From the NCBI GenBank assembly GCA_963816145.1, contig CAWFJP010000012.1, positions 32,001 through 96,000 of the forward strand: 64,000 nucleotides of DNA, given 5' to 3'. Made by a program: the position numbers and the translations under genes. The notes below the pieces were generated by a model. The model was not told the origin of the DNA. It made no database searches and was given only the letters and a program-made list of their open reading frames with translations. Positions 1 through 9,795 of this stretch are shown piece by piece. Numbering within the stretch: position 1 is the first letter of the stretch; the number at the start of each line of letters is the position of its first letter. Source of the stretch: an uncultured delta proteobacterium. GTDB taxonomy: Bacteria; Desulfobacterota; Binatia; UBA9968.

Positions 1-1
1 T

Positions 2-1048
2 CGGCTGGCCCAAGAAGGCTTGTTATTGGAACGCTGCTACGCCACCGGAGAGCGAACGATCCAGGGACTGGAAGCGGCGGTTTGCTCGTTCCCGCCGCTG
101 CCTGGCGAAGGTGTGGTCAAGCGGCCGCAGGCGCGGCAAAACTTTGCCACGTTGGCAAGCGTGCTCAGACAGCGCGGCTATGCGACGAGCTTTATTTACG
201 GCGGCCAGGGGATTTTCGATCACATGCTCGGCTTCTTTCTCGGGAACGGCTTTGACCGCTTTATCGAAGAGAAAGATTTCCCGTCGCCATACTACAAGAC
301 CCCCTGGGGTGTATCCGATGAAGATTTGTTCGAACGGGCCGATGACGAGTTCCGCCGCTACCATGAGGCCGGCCAACCCTTTTTTGCCACCCTGTTGACG
401 GTATCGTTGCACTCGCCCTGGCAGTTCCCCGCGGGCAAGATCGACCCGCTGGCCGCTGACACCAAGGCGCCGCCGGGCTTTGAGCTCAATGAGCTCAATA
501 ACTTTCTTTACGCGGATTGCTGCATCGGCAAATTCATTCGCCTGGCGCGCCAGGCCCGCTATTTCGACAATACGCTATTTGTATTTGTCGGCGATCATGG
601 TGTGCACCTGCGCGGCAACGAACTTATTCCGATCGACGAATACATCGTTCCGGCGCTGTTTCTCGCGCCGAAACATGTGGATGCCGGTCGTATTTCCATT
701 GTAGCCAGCCAGATGGATTTGCCGCCGACTATCATGGGAATCGTCGGTGGTGAATACCGTAGCGCATTTTTCGGCCGCGACATTCGCAAACCGCAAGCGG
801 AAGATCCGTTCGCCATAGTTATCTATAAGAAGAAGCGCTACGGCATCGTCACGGATCGGGAATTGATTGTGCTGCGCGAATCGGGCGACAGGCTTGCGTA
901 CGAGCGCGCCGCCCACGGCAAACCCTGGACGCAGATTGCAATGCGTGCGACCCAAGCGGCACGAACTCAGAACGGCTTGGCGATACTGCGCAGCGCCGAG
1001 GATTTGCTCGTCAGCGGCCGCTATCACGCCGATCCCCACAATCGGTAA
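2..1048 (+). CDS. LTA synthase / alkaline-phosphatase-superfamily sulfatase domain protein (5' truncated by window edge)
   Basis: Frame open from position 2. RTIQGLEA catalytic-Thr region, TVSLHSPW and FVGDHG metal motifs, SQMDLPPTI motif. Confidence 0.8.
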   Translation, partial: RLAQEGLLLERCYATGERTIQGLEAAVCSFPPLPGEGVVKRPQARQNFATLASVLRQRGYATSFIYGGQGIFDHMLGFFLGNGFDRFIEEKDFPSPYYKTPWGVSDEDLFERADDEFRRYHEAGQPFFATLLTVSLHSPWQFPAGKIDPLAADTKAPPGFELNELNNFLYADCCIGKFIRLARQARYFDNTLFVFVGDHGVHLRGNELIPIDEYIVPALFLAPKHVDAGRISIVASQMDLPPTIMGIVGGEYRSAFFGRDIRKPQAEDPFAIVIYKKKRYGIVTDRELIVLRESGDRLAYERAAHGKPWTQIAMRATQAARTQNGLAILRSAEDLLVSGRYHADPHNR

Positions 1049-1084
1049 ACGCTGAGCAGTTCTGTTACTCCGTATGGCCTCGTC

Positions 1085-3781
1085 CTAACGGCTCTTTTGC
1101 ATCTCGTTGAGCAGGCCCTCGACTTTTTTCAGCTCTTCGCCGTAGCCGGCCCAGTTGCCTTGCTTGAGGAGTTCCTGGGAACGCTGGAAATGGTCTAATG
1201 CCTGGCGTGCCAAGGTTTGATCGGCTTTGACCGGTGTCGGAGCCGCCGTACTGGCAGGTTGTGGCGTCTCAGCCGCCGGCTTGGTGCCGAAAATTCGCTG
1301 CAGCGCTGTATCGAGAGTCTCTTCCATGGCGATGCGGTTACCGAAGGCCACCACCACCCGCTTCAATTCCGGCAAGGATCCTTGCTCCGCAGCCAAATAG
1401 ATCGGTTGCACGTAAAGCAAGGATTTTTCGATGGGGATGGCAAGCAGACTGCCGCGGAGGACTTGAGAACCGCGCTGGCTCCACAGGGTCAGTTGTTGGG
1501 AGATGGTGGTATCTTGATCGATCCGGGCATCGATCTGTTTGGGGCCATAGACAAGTTTTGCCTTGGGAAATTCCAGCGCGGTGAGCTTGCCGTAATTCTT
1601 GCCGTCGCTGCGCGCCGCTAGCCAGGAGCGCATGTTGTCCCGTTTATTGGGCGTGAACGGCAGCAGTAAAATAAATTCTTCTTTCTCCTCCCCCGGCAGG
1701 CGCATGATCGTGTGGTAGGCCTCCATTTCGCTCTCGCGGCCCTCCACGTTTCGCCGCGGGATACTCAGGAGATCCTCCTTGTTAAAAAACACTTGCGGGT
1801 CCTGCATATGGTAAGTGGCGTAGACATGGGCTTGGATGGTGAAGAGATCCTGGGGATAGCGCACATGGGCACGCAGATCTTCGGGCATGGTGTCGAGGGG
1901 CTTAAATACTCGCGGAAAAATCTTCGCGAATGACTGAATGATCGGATCCGTTGGGTCGCTCAGGTAAATTTCCACCGTGCCGTTGTAGGCGTCGACCACG
2001 GCCTTGACCGAATTACGTACATAATTCGTTCCTTGCCGGCTCAGCGGTTCGGAATAGGGGAAACGGTCCGAGTTGGTGTAGCCGTCGACGATCCAAAATA
2101 GCCTGCCGCCCTGGGCAATGACGATATAAGCGTCGCGATCAAAGGTGATAAATGGGGCGATTTTTTTGACCCGCTCCTGGATCTGTTGATGGTAGAGAAT
2201 TCGGCTTTCGCTGATCAGATCCTGTGACAGCAGGATGCGCATGGACGCATGGTGCGCGGCGAAGACCAACTTGCGCCACAAGCTGCCGATCGGCACACCA
2301 CTTGTCCCTTTGTAGGTGGTGTAAACATTTTGATCGCCGGCGGGATAGTCCAATTCCTGCGACTTGGTTCGCACCAGAACATAATCAGTGGCGAGCTCGC
2401 CAAAATAAATCTCGGGACGGGTAATCTTGAGTGAGGTAGTCGCCAGCGGTGGAATATCCTTGATGAAAAACTCGGGTTGGCCGCTAGAAGTCACCTGATT
2501 AACCGGTCCAAAGACCACGCCGTGGCCATGCGTGAAAGTCAGATGCTCATTGATCCAGTTTTGACTTTGCAGATGCCGATGCGACAGCTCGCGGGCGGAC
2601 AACATCACCTGGCGATAAGTGCCGTCGATAACATAGCGATCATTGTCGACGTCGACGAATTTGTAATAAGGCCGGATCTCCTGTAACTGGGCGTAGGTGG
2701 TCAGCAGCGGCCGATGGTCCCATAGGCGGATATTATTTATAGTCGATTCATTTCGCTTCAAGTCTGCCGCGGTTAACTGCTCATCAGCCGGAAACTCCTT
2801 GGTTTCAATCCTATCCAGGCCGAAGGCGAGGCGGGTGAATTTGATCCTGCGCTCGATGAAGGGCCGTTCCGCCTCGATTTCATTGGGTGTCACGCGGAAG
2901 CGCTGCAAAAGCGTCGGATAGGCATTGAGACCCAATAAGTGCACCGCCGCCAAGACTCCGACGCCGAGGAAGACAAATTTATATCCAGTGCGGGCTATCT
3001 GCGCGAAGCAGAGTGCCGACGCGATCAGAGCCAAAAACGTCAGCACGCGCAGCGCCGGTAGTGTGCCATAGATATCGGCAAAGCTCGCGCCGAAAGAAAC
3101 GCCACGCGGCGAATGCAACAGATCGAAAGCGTCGAGGTAGTAGCCGCCGGCCTTGATCAATAGGAACACACCCAACAGGATCAGCAGATGACTACGCGCG
3201 CGCTCACCCAGAAAAAGTCCGCGCGCGGTGTACTCAATACCGCGATAAACCAGGTAGACGGCGGCGCTAGCCACGGCAGTCAGACCGATGGCGAAAATCG
3301 CCCAATGATAAACGATCTGCAGCCAGGGCAAGATAAACACATAAAAACTGACATCGCGGCCGAACTGGGGATCTGTCATGTTGAACGAAACCCGATTGAT
3401 AAATAGAGACAGTTGTTCCCAGCTCGCCGCGCCTTGGGGTGCTGCCATCAGCCCAATCAGGAGCGCACCCGGAAGGAGCAGCCGCTTGAGGATGGGATCG
3501 ATGAGTTCTGGCGGCGGCAGCTCAATAATGTTTTCCGTGCTCGAGTAGCGAAATCCACCTGATGAAGACGAAGCGATCTTCAAATTGACATAAATCATTA
3601 GGGCCAACAGCGTACCGGCGGCAGTGCCGAGTGCGAACTTGTACGATAAGATCGTTGCAAAGAGCTGGCCGTAGCCAACGTCTTGGAACCACAGCCAGTC
3701 GACGTAGAGACCGATCGCTTGGCGAAAAAACATTACGACAAGAAACAAAATCAATATAGTCACGCCGCCAAATTTGCCCAT
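1085..3781 (-). CDS. UPF0182 family integral membrane protein
   Basis: 898 aa. N-terminal TM segments with DWLWF, then NIRLWD, DVDNDRY, HLTFTHG, NYVRNSVK, RYPQDLF and LLYVQPIY, typical of UPF0182. GGAGG RBS upstream. Confidence 0.92.
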   Translation of the reverse strand: MGKFGGVTILILFLVVMFFRQAIGLYVDWLWFQDVGYGQLFATILSYKFALGTAAGTLLALMIYVNLKIASSSSGGFRYSSTENIIELPPPELIDPILKRLLLPGALLIGLMAAPQGAASWEQLSLFINRVSFNMTDPQFGRDVSFYVFILPWLQIVYHWAIFAIGLTAVASAAVYLVYRGIEYTARGLFLGERARSHLLILLGVFLLIKAGGYYLDAFDLLHSPRGVSFGASFADIYGTLPALRVLTFLALIASALCFAQIARTGYKFVFLGVGVLAAVHLLGLNAYPTLLQRFRVTPNEIEAERPFIERRIKFTRLAFGLDRIETKEFPADEQLTAADLKRNESTINNIRLWDHRPLLTTYAQLQEIRPYYKFVDVDNDRYVIDGTYRQVMLSARELSHRHLQSQNWINEHLTFTHGHGVVFGPVNQVTSSGQPEFFIKDIPPLATTSLKITRPEIYFGELATDYVLVRTKSQELDYPAGDQNVYTTYKGTSGVPIGSLWRKLVFAAHHASMRILLSQDLISESRILYHQQIQERVKKIAPFITFDRDAYIVIAQGGRLFWIVDGYTNSDRFPYSEPLSRQGTNYVRNSVKAVVDAYNGTVEIYLSDPTDPIIQSFAKIFPRVFKPLDTMPEDLRAHVRYPQDLFTIQAHVYATYHMQDPQVFFNKEDLLSIPRRNVEGRESEMEAYHTIMRLPGEEKEEFILLLPFTPNKRDNMRSWLAARSDGKNYGKLTALEFPKAKLVYGPKQIDARIDQDTTISQQLTLWSQRGSQVLRGSLLAIPIEKSLLYVQPIYLAAEQGSLPELKRVVVAFGNRIAMEETLDTALQRIFGTKPAAETPQPASTAAPTPVKADQTLARQALDHFQRSQELLKQGNWAGYGEELKKVEGLLNEMQKSR

Positions 3782-3895
3782 TGGGCCTCCATCGAATTTG
3801 AGAGAACTAGGAGAAGTGCCGGGATCGTATAGAAATTACCAGGATGAGGCAATGTGATTTCTGAGATATCTCCATAACCAGAAAACCACTCGGAC

Positions 3896-3933
3896 AAAAA
3901 AAAGTGGCGCTTGGTACGGCCAAGCGCCACTTT
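3896..3933 (-). terminator. Intrinsic terminator of the ABC permease gene
   Basis: Perfect 14-bp stem AAAGTGGCGCTTGG/CCAAGCGCCACTTT with 5-nt loop, then a T-run on the minus strand. Confidence 0.85.
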
Positions 3934-3961
3934 GATTCAAACCGAATTGATGACGGATCGC

Positions 3962-4798
3962 TTATTCAGCGCCGACTTTGGGACGCCACTTGTCGAAGCG
4001 ATGTTCATAGCGGTCGATGACCTCAGTCAAGGCCATACCGCTGATGGCGAAAATCAAGACGCCCACGAACACCTTATCGGTTTGGAAGGTCGCGCCAGCT
4101 ACGGTAATCATGAAGCCGATCCCAGCGGTCGCGGCGTAGAGCTCGCCGACCATGACGCCGATTAGCGCCCGGCCTACAGCCAGACGTAGGCCGGTAAGAA
4201 TAAATGGGACCGTTGACGGCAACACGACGGATTTAAAGATCTGCCACTCCGATGCACCAAAGCTTCTGGCAGCGGTGAGCAAGTTGGCCGGAGTTGTCTT
4301 GACGCCGTCACGGGTGTTGATCAGCAGAGGAAATACTGCGCCTAAGAATATGATGCCAACCTTCGAGAGGATCCCGATGCCCAGCCAGATAATGACCAAG
4401 GGCAAGAGAGCGACACGCGGGGTGGCATTCATGGCGTTGACGAATGGGTCGCAAACGTAGGCGAAGCGCTTGTACCAGCCGATGGCGATACCGAAAGGTA
4501 TGGCGAATACGATCGAGAGAGTATATCCCCAGAAAAATTCGATGCCGCTGATGTAGAGGTCGTTATAGATTTCCCCTGTACTGAACATTTGCCAAGCGGC
4601 TTTGCCAATCAGCGATGGCGCGCTCATGAACATCGGGTTAATGAGCCCCGCCCAGTTGCCGATGGTCTCCCAAGTCAACAGAAAGAGAATCACCGCGGTG
4701 CCGCCGAGAATCTTTTTCTCCTGATTGAGATAAAATTTGTACGCCGCTGATGCTTCCGCGATGCGGATATCTAATAATTGTTCCTCTGCTTGAGCCAT
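3962..4798 (-). CDS. ABC transporter permease, nitrate/sulfonate/taurine (SsuC/TauC-like)
   Basis: About 6 TM helices, EAA-loop equivalent AARSFGAS, then LPSTVPFILTGLR and VGELY. GGAG RBS. Confidence 0.9.
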   Translation of the reverse strand: MAQAEEQLLDIRIAEASAAYKFYLNQEKKILGGTAVILFLLTWETIGNWAGLINPMFMSAPSLIGKAAWQMFSTGEIYNDLYISGIEFFWGYTLSIVFAIPFGIAIGWYKRFAYVCDPFVNAMNATPRVALLPLVIIWLGIGILSKVGIIFLGAVFPLLINTRDGVKTTPANLLTAARSFGASEWQIFKSVVLPSTVPFILTGLRLAVGRALIGVMVGELYAATAGIGFMITVAGATFQTDKVFVGVLIFAISGMALTEVIDRYEHRFDKWRPKVGAE

Positions 4799-4963
4799 AA
4801 AGGTCTCCTCCGTTGGGTTTCCGTTAAATATCGGTTACAGACGCCTAGCCTGCGAACCAGTACCAAAAGGGTCGGAGGTTGTCAACTGAATTATGTGCCT
4901 CAATTCAAATAAATTCCGGCGGGACAATCACTGATCAGTCGGAGACATCGTCTTGGTCTCACC

Positions 4964-4992
4964 TTGACAATCATTAACCTATTAAATACTTT
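4964..4992 (+). promoter_or_regulatory. Sigma70-type promoter for the radical SAM cluster
   Basis: TTGACA (4964-4969), 17-bp spacer, TACTTT (4987-4992) in an AT-rich divergent intergenic region. AGGAGA RBS at 5018-5023. Confidence 0.6.
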
Positions 4993-5027
4993 GATTGAAA
5001 CTAATTCCGCCAGTACCAGGAGATAGC

Positions 5028-6509
5028 ATGAAACTCCTCTTTATTACCCCACCTATGGGCAATTGGGCGCCATGGGGCGACCGCCATTTGGCCGTCAACC
5101 CGCTGCATGCTCAAGTGGCAGCGTTCATCCGCGATAAAAACGCCGCGGAGGTCTCGGTCCTCGATTGTCGCGCTCTTGGTTTGGACGACGACCAGATGAT
5201 CGATGAAGTGAAACGGCAGCGCCCTGAAGCTGTCTTCTTTGGCGCCATGATTGCCGCCGCCGGGGGAGCCGCAACGCTCAATCGCTTCCACGCGGCAATG
5301 CAAAAAATCAAGGCAGTCGCGCCCCAAACGGTTACCATCGGCGGCGGGTTGATGTACACCGCCGTGCCCCAGAAGATCATGACCGACAATCCCCAACTCG
5401 ACTTCGCGATTGTCGGCGTGTTCGCCGACAATGAGTATGGGGTGCGGGAGTTGCTGGAGGAACTCAAAAAACCGGCGCCCGATTTCAGCGGCATCAAAGG
5501 ACTGGCTTATCGAAAGAACGGCGAGGTCGTGCTGACGCCGCCGCGGCCGGTAATTGCCAATCTCGACGAGCTCCCCATGCCGGCCTACGACCTGTTTCCG
5601 ATGGAAAAGTATTATGGTTACTCGGTGATCCCCAATTACAACGAGGCGGTGACTTCGAGGGGCTGCGAGGGCGCTTGCCATTTTTGCTACGAGTGGTGGC
5701 TGGTCGACCAGCGCAGCCCCCGCGACTTCAGCTCGCACCGCACTAAAGGCGGCAAGAAAGTCGCTGAAGAAATGGAGCTGCTCAATAAGACTTATGGCGT
5801 CAAAGCGCTTACTTTTATGGACGACGACTTCAACTCCGACCGGCAGAAGATGGTCGACTTGGTCGAAGCGTTGGAAGAGAAAAAGCTCGATATCAGCTGG
5901 TTCATGCTGAGCCGGGCGCAAAATCTGATTCGCGACATGGATCTTGTGCCACGGTTACGGAAAGTTGGTTTATATCAAGTCTTGATCGGCATCGATGGCG
6001 GCACGGATGAGGAGATCGCCGAAGCGCGCAAGGGGTCGATGAAGGTCGGCGTCAAGGAATTGAAGGAATTGATTCAGTTCCTGCGCAAAAACGACATTTC
6101 CACCATTTCGACTTATCTCAATGGATTTTGGGAAGACGACGAAGCCAAGGTCCGCCAGCGCGCCAAGGCCGTCGACGAGATCGATCCCGATATCGTCATG
6201 ATCCAGGTGCTCAATCCGATCCCCGGCTCGCCGATCTACAAATCGGCGGTGAAGAACAACATTATCGAGGTCGACAATTTGAGCCTCTATGACTTGGAAC
6301 ATAGCGTGATGCCGACCAAGCACTTGACGCGCCAACAGCTGGGCGAGTTGACCGGCTGGGCGTTCCAGTCATTTTACAGCAAGCCGGGCCGGATCGAACG
6401 AATTTTGAATGGCTACACCTCGCCCTACGTGCGGATGAAATTCGAGTCGTTCAAGAGCAATGCGGCGAAGTATGAAAAGGGCGCTGCCGAAGGCACGGTG
6501 GCGATCTAA
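5028..6509 (+). CDS. Cobalamin-binding radical SAM enzyme
   Basis: N-terminal B12-binding-type Rossmann domain (MKLLFITPP...LDCRA...GGG), LDELPMPAYDL linker, SRGCEGACHFC CxxxCxxC motif, FMDDDF, PIPGSPIY. ATG 5028 follows AGGAGA. Confidence 0.9.
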   Translation: MKLLFITPPMGNWAPWGDRHLAVNPLHAQVAAFIRDKNAAEVSVLDCRALGLDDDQMIDEVKRQRPEAVFFGAMIAAAGGAATLNRFHAAMQKIKAVAPQTVTIGGGLMYTAVPQKIMTDNPQLDFAIVGVFADNEYGVRELLEELKKPAPDFSGIKGLAYRKNGEVVLTPPRPVIANLDELPMPAYDLFPMEKYYGYSVIPNYNEAVTSRGCEGACHFCYEWWLVDQRSPRDFSSHRTKGGKKVAEEMELLNKTYGVKALTFMDDDFNSDRQKMVDLVEALEEKKLDISWFMLSRAQNLIRDMDLVPRLRKVGLYQVLIGIDGGTDEEIAEARKGSMKVGVKELKELIQFLRKNDISTISTYLNGFWEDDEAKVRQRAKAVDEIDPDIVMIQVLNPIPGSPIYKSAVKNNIIEVDNLSLYDLEHSVMPTKHLTRQQLGELTGWAFQSFYSKPGRIERILNGYTSPYVRMKFESFKSNAAKYEKGAAEGTVAI

Positions 6510-6523
6510 AATTTAGTTGCACT

Positions 6524-7297
6524 ATGGCACAAATGACACAACTGCCGACACTTCAAGGTAAAGTCGCGCTGGTTACAGGCGCCAGCCGCGGCATTGGCGC
6601 GGCGGCTGCGATTCGCTTAGCTCAAGGGGGAGCGGCGGTTGTCGTCAATTACCACCGGAATCAGGAGGCGGCGCAAAAAGTCCTCGATCAGGTCGAAACC
6701 GCGGGCGGCCGCGGCATCATCTTTCAAGCCGATGTCACGCAGCGCGGGCAAATCGATTCGATGGTCAAGACCGCCAAGAATAAGCTTGGCGACATCAATG
6801 TGCTGGTCAACAACGCCTATTTCCCGTTTCAAGTGAGCCCGCTCCACGAGATCGCCTGGGAGAAATTTCACGAAGCGATCGACAATGAGTTGTCGGCATT
6901 CTATCACTGTGTGCAGGCTTGCTTGCCAGGCATGAAAGCCATGAATGCCGGCCGTGTCATCGTTGTCAGCACCCGTTTGGCCCAGCAGCCGCTGCCGCGC
7001 ATGGGCGCTTACGCGGCGGCCAAATCGGCGCTGGAATCGATGGCCAATACCATGGCCATCGAGCTCGGTCCGCTGGGCGTTGCCGTCAATGTCGTCACTC
7101 CCGCGTTCACGCTGACCGATGCCTCGTTGATCATGCCGGAAGCGTACCGCGAACGGGTGAAAGAAACCCGCCCATTAAAGAAACATCTTTATCCCGCAGA
7201 TGTCGCCGGCGCGATCGCCTTTCTTGCCGGCGATGAAGCAAGCATGTTGACGGGCAGCCATATTCTCATTACTGGTGGCAGTCATCTGCAACTCTAA
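6524..7297 (+). CDS. Short-chain dehydrogenase/reductase (FabG-like)
   Basis: TGASRGIG, LVNNA and YAAAK catalytic motif. Confidence 0.92.
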   Translation: MAQMTQLPTLQGKVALVTGASRGIGAAAAIRLAQGGAAVVVNYHRNQEAAQKVLDQVETAGGRGIIFQADVTQRGQIDSMVKTAKNKLGDINVLVNNAYFPFQVSPLHEIAWEKFHEAIDNELSAFYHCVQACLPGMKAMNAGRVIVVSTRLAQQPLPRMGAYAAAKSALESMANTMAIELGPLGVAVNVVTPAFTLTDASLIMPEAYRERVKETRPLKKHLYPADVAGAIAFLAGDEASMLTGSHILITGGSHLQL

Positions 7298-7298
7298 A

Positions 7299-7423
7299 TA
7301 ATTGAGAATGGATAATTGAGAATTGATAATGGCTGAATCACACAACCTCGCAGCCGCAGGACAACATTTTCCTAGTCTGTCCGAATCCTAAATTGTCCAT
7401 TTTCCATTCTCCATTATCAATTA
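7299..7423. repeat. Inverted pair of 7-nt periodic tracts (AATTGAG/AATGGAT...)
   Basis: AATTGAGAATGGATAATTGAGAATTGATAAT faces its complement ATTGTCCATTTTCCATTCTCCATTATCAATT. Single-arm relatives at about 26520-26552 and 57026-57064. Confidence 0.75.
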
Positions 7424-7429
7424 TTCCTC

Positions 7430-8914
7430 ATGCTTTCCCTCGACGAAATTATTGCCAAGCTGACTGATATCGTCGGTCCGCGGCGGGTCTCGACCAATCC
7501 CATCGACAAGATCAACTATCAACACACTCTGGCTTATGGCGCCTACCGCGCTTTGCCCGACGTGATCGTGCGCGTCGAGTCCGATGCCCAGGGCAACCAC
7601 AAGGTTGCCGACATTCTGAAATTCGCCAACGAACATAAGATTCCCATCGTCGCCAAAGGCGGCGTCGGCATGGGTATCAGTTCACCGCTCAAGGGCGGCG
7701 TCCTGCTCGACATGCTCGGCATGGACAAGATTCTCGAAGTGAATCCGGCCATGCAGTATGTGATCGCCGAAGGCGGCGCCAGCGTCTACGCCATCCATCA
7801 CGCCCTGCGCCAACAGGGGTTGATGCTGCCCAACTTTGGCACCTACGGTCCGGCGGTCGTCATCGGTGCGATGATCAACAAGGGCGGTATTGGCTATGGC
7901 ATGAGCCGGTACGGGTGGATCGCTGATATGGTGCTGGGTTTGGAAGTCATTCTCGCCAACGGCGAAACCATTCGCCTTGGTGCGCTGGCTAATCAGGGCA
8001 CTACATTCGGACCGTTTCAGAAGTGGATTCACCTGCCGGATTTGCTCGGCTTGTTCACTCTCGCTGCCGGATCCATGGGCATCATCAGCAAAGTTTGTCT
8101 GCGCGCGATTCAATGCCGGCGCGAATGGCTGCACGATTACTGCTACGTATTTCGCCGCGATCAGCTGCAACAGGTGCAGGATTCCCTGATAGAATTAGTC
8201 CGCGGCGAAGTCGTCTACGACATCCATTTCACCGACCGCTGGCAGTACCACTGGCCGATGGAAGAGGGGCTGTACGATAAAAACAAGATTCCCGACGACG
8301 GCTGGTTTTTTCTCAAAACCGTTCTAATGGCGCGCGACCAAGAGGAGTTGGGGTTCAAAGAAAAACGCATGCGGCGCATTTATGAAAGCACCGGCGCCGT
8401 GGACGTGCCTGAGATCGCCGACAAGGCGATGGGAGCCAAGGCGCAGGAGCTGGGCCTGCATGGTTGGCCAGACTGGCATATCATGGGACCCGACGCTTGG
8501 TGTGGCACGGTGGTGCGCCACACCGGCATGTTCGCGGTGACTTCAAAGATGTATCCGTTGCGCTTTCTCAAAGAGATGTACGATCTCGACGAAGCGGCCA
8601 AGCGCGAGTGCGGCATTTGGGACGCCGAACATTCGCCGCAGCATGATAGTTACGTTACCCGCGACTTCGCGATTAAAGAAGAGTACTTTACTTTTTACAA
8701 TCCCTACGACGATGAAGATGTCGGCCGGCTGCGCAAATGGATGGGCATGGTGGCGCAGTTCAGCAACGAACGGGGCGTGGTCTGGACGGCGCCGACTCTA
8801 AGCACCAAGGGGCCGGTGCCCTACAACCGGTTGGGCAGCCTCTACGATGTCGTCAAAGAGATCAAGCAGTTGGTCGATCCGAATAATATTCTGAATCCCG
8901 GCGCGCTGTATTAA
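7430..8914 (+). CDS. FAD-binding oxidoreductase, VAO/PCMH (GlcD-like) family
   Basis: PDVIVR, PIVAKGG, GGVLLDM, GLEVILANG, GSMGII and C-terminal DPNNILNPG. Confidence 0.88.
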   Translation: MLSLDEIIAKLTDIVGPRRVSTNPIDKINYQHTLAYGAYRALPDVIVRVESDAQGNHKVADILKFANEHKIPIVAKGGVGMGISSPLKGGVLLDMLGMDKILEVNPAMQYVIAEGGASVYAIHHALRQQGLMLPNFGTYGPAVVIGAMINKGGIGYGMSRYGWIADMVLGLEVILANGETIRLGALANQGTTFGPFQKWIHLPDLLGLFTLAAGSMGIISKVCLRAIQCRREWLHDYCYVFRRDQLQQVQDSLIELVRGEVVYDIHFTDRWQYHWPMEEGLYDKNKIPDDGWFFLKTVLMARDQEELGFKEKRMRRIYESTGAVDVPEIADKAMGAKAQELGLHGWPDWHIMGPDAWCGTVVRHTGMFAVTSKMYPLRFLKEMYDLDEAAKRECGIWDAEHSPQHDSYVTRDFAIKEEYFTFYNPYDDEDVGRLRKWMGMVAQFSNERGVVWTAPTLSTKGPVPYNRLGSLYDVVKEIKQLVDPNNILNPGALY

Positions 8915-8998
8915 ATTCGTTCAAGGTCAGGGGTTCAAAGTCGGCGATTGAGTGCGCATGAGAGTTTTGTTGATTAAGCTGAAGTAAGGAGAAGCATT

Positions 8999-9793
8999 AT
9001 GGGACTGGGCAGACAGGATTTTTCCGGCAAGAAACTTTCCCCGCAGGACGCCGACGCGGTGATCGCGGATTTGAAAAAATATTTGCTCGACCTTGCCGAC
9101 AAATGGCTGATCAAAGGGCGCTTTCACGCTGACATGGGTAATGGCGCGCTGCCCATGGAAGCGATCAAAATTTTCTGGCAAAACTGGTACGGCTTCGTCG
9201 CCGAGATCAATAATTTTCATGGTGTCGCTTATCAGCGTCAGCAGCCGTTTTTTAAACGTCATCCGGAACTGCTCAAACATTTCGCCGCCCATGTGGCCGA
9301 CGAGATGATCCATCCCAAGCCCCCAGGCCATATTCAAATCGTTCTCGAACAGGGGCGCAACTTTGGTCTCAACGACGCCGAAATGGTCGAGTACGAGATG
9401 CTCGCCGAGTGTCGTGCTTTCTTAGAATACTATCGCGGCGTGCTCTACGAGGGCACCATCGTCGAGTGGTGGGCGTCGTTCTGCGTCGAAGAGGCAGTGG
9501 GCCACTGGGCGCGCTTCTTTGGCGGCGCGCTGCGCAAGGTATACAATTTTCCTGAAGATAAGATCGTTTACTTTCGCGTGCACGCCAAAGCTGATCTGGA
9601 AGAGCACGACGGCATTATGGCCCATGCCGATCTCGATTGGCTAGTCCTAAAGAACCTGCTCATCGAAGGTAAGGCCGAGACGCGGCCAGGATTCAATCTC
9701 GAATACTGCATGCGCATGGGCACGGCGTATTTCGCCTGGTTCTTTGAAGGTGTGTACCAGCAGATTAAAAAGGAAGGCCTCTACAAAGAATAA
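8999..9793 (+). CDS. Heme-oxygenase-like (PqqC/TenA/CADD fold) dimetal redox enzyme
   Basis: Helical 264 aa protein with DEMIHPKPPGH, VEEA and YFRVHAKADLEEH, matching the E..H/E/HxxxD..H ligand pattern of CADD-like diiron enzymes. AAGGAG RBS. Confidence 0.7.
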   Translation: MGLGRQDFSGKKLSPQDADAVIADLKKYLLDLADKWLIKGRFHADMGNGALPMEAIKIFWQNWYGFVAEINNFHGVAYQRQQPFFKRHPELLKHFAAHVADEMIHPKPPGHIQIVLEQGRNFGLNDAEMVEYEMLAECRAFLEYYRGVLYEGTIVEWWASFCVEEAVGHWARFFGGALRKVYNFPEDKIVYFRVHAKADLEEHDGIMAHADLDWLVLKNLLIEGKAETRPGFNLEYCMRMGTAYFAWFFEGVYQQIKKEGLYKE

Positions 9794-9795
9794 AT

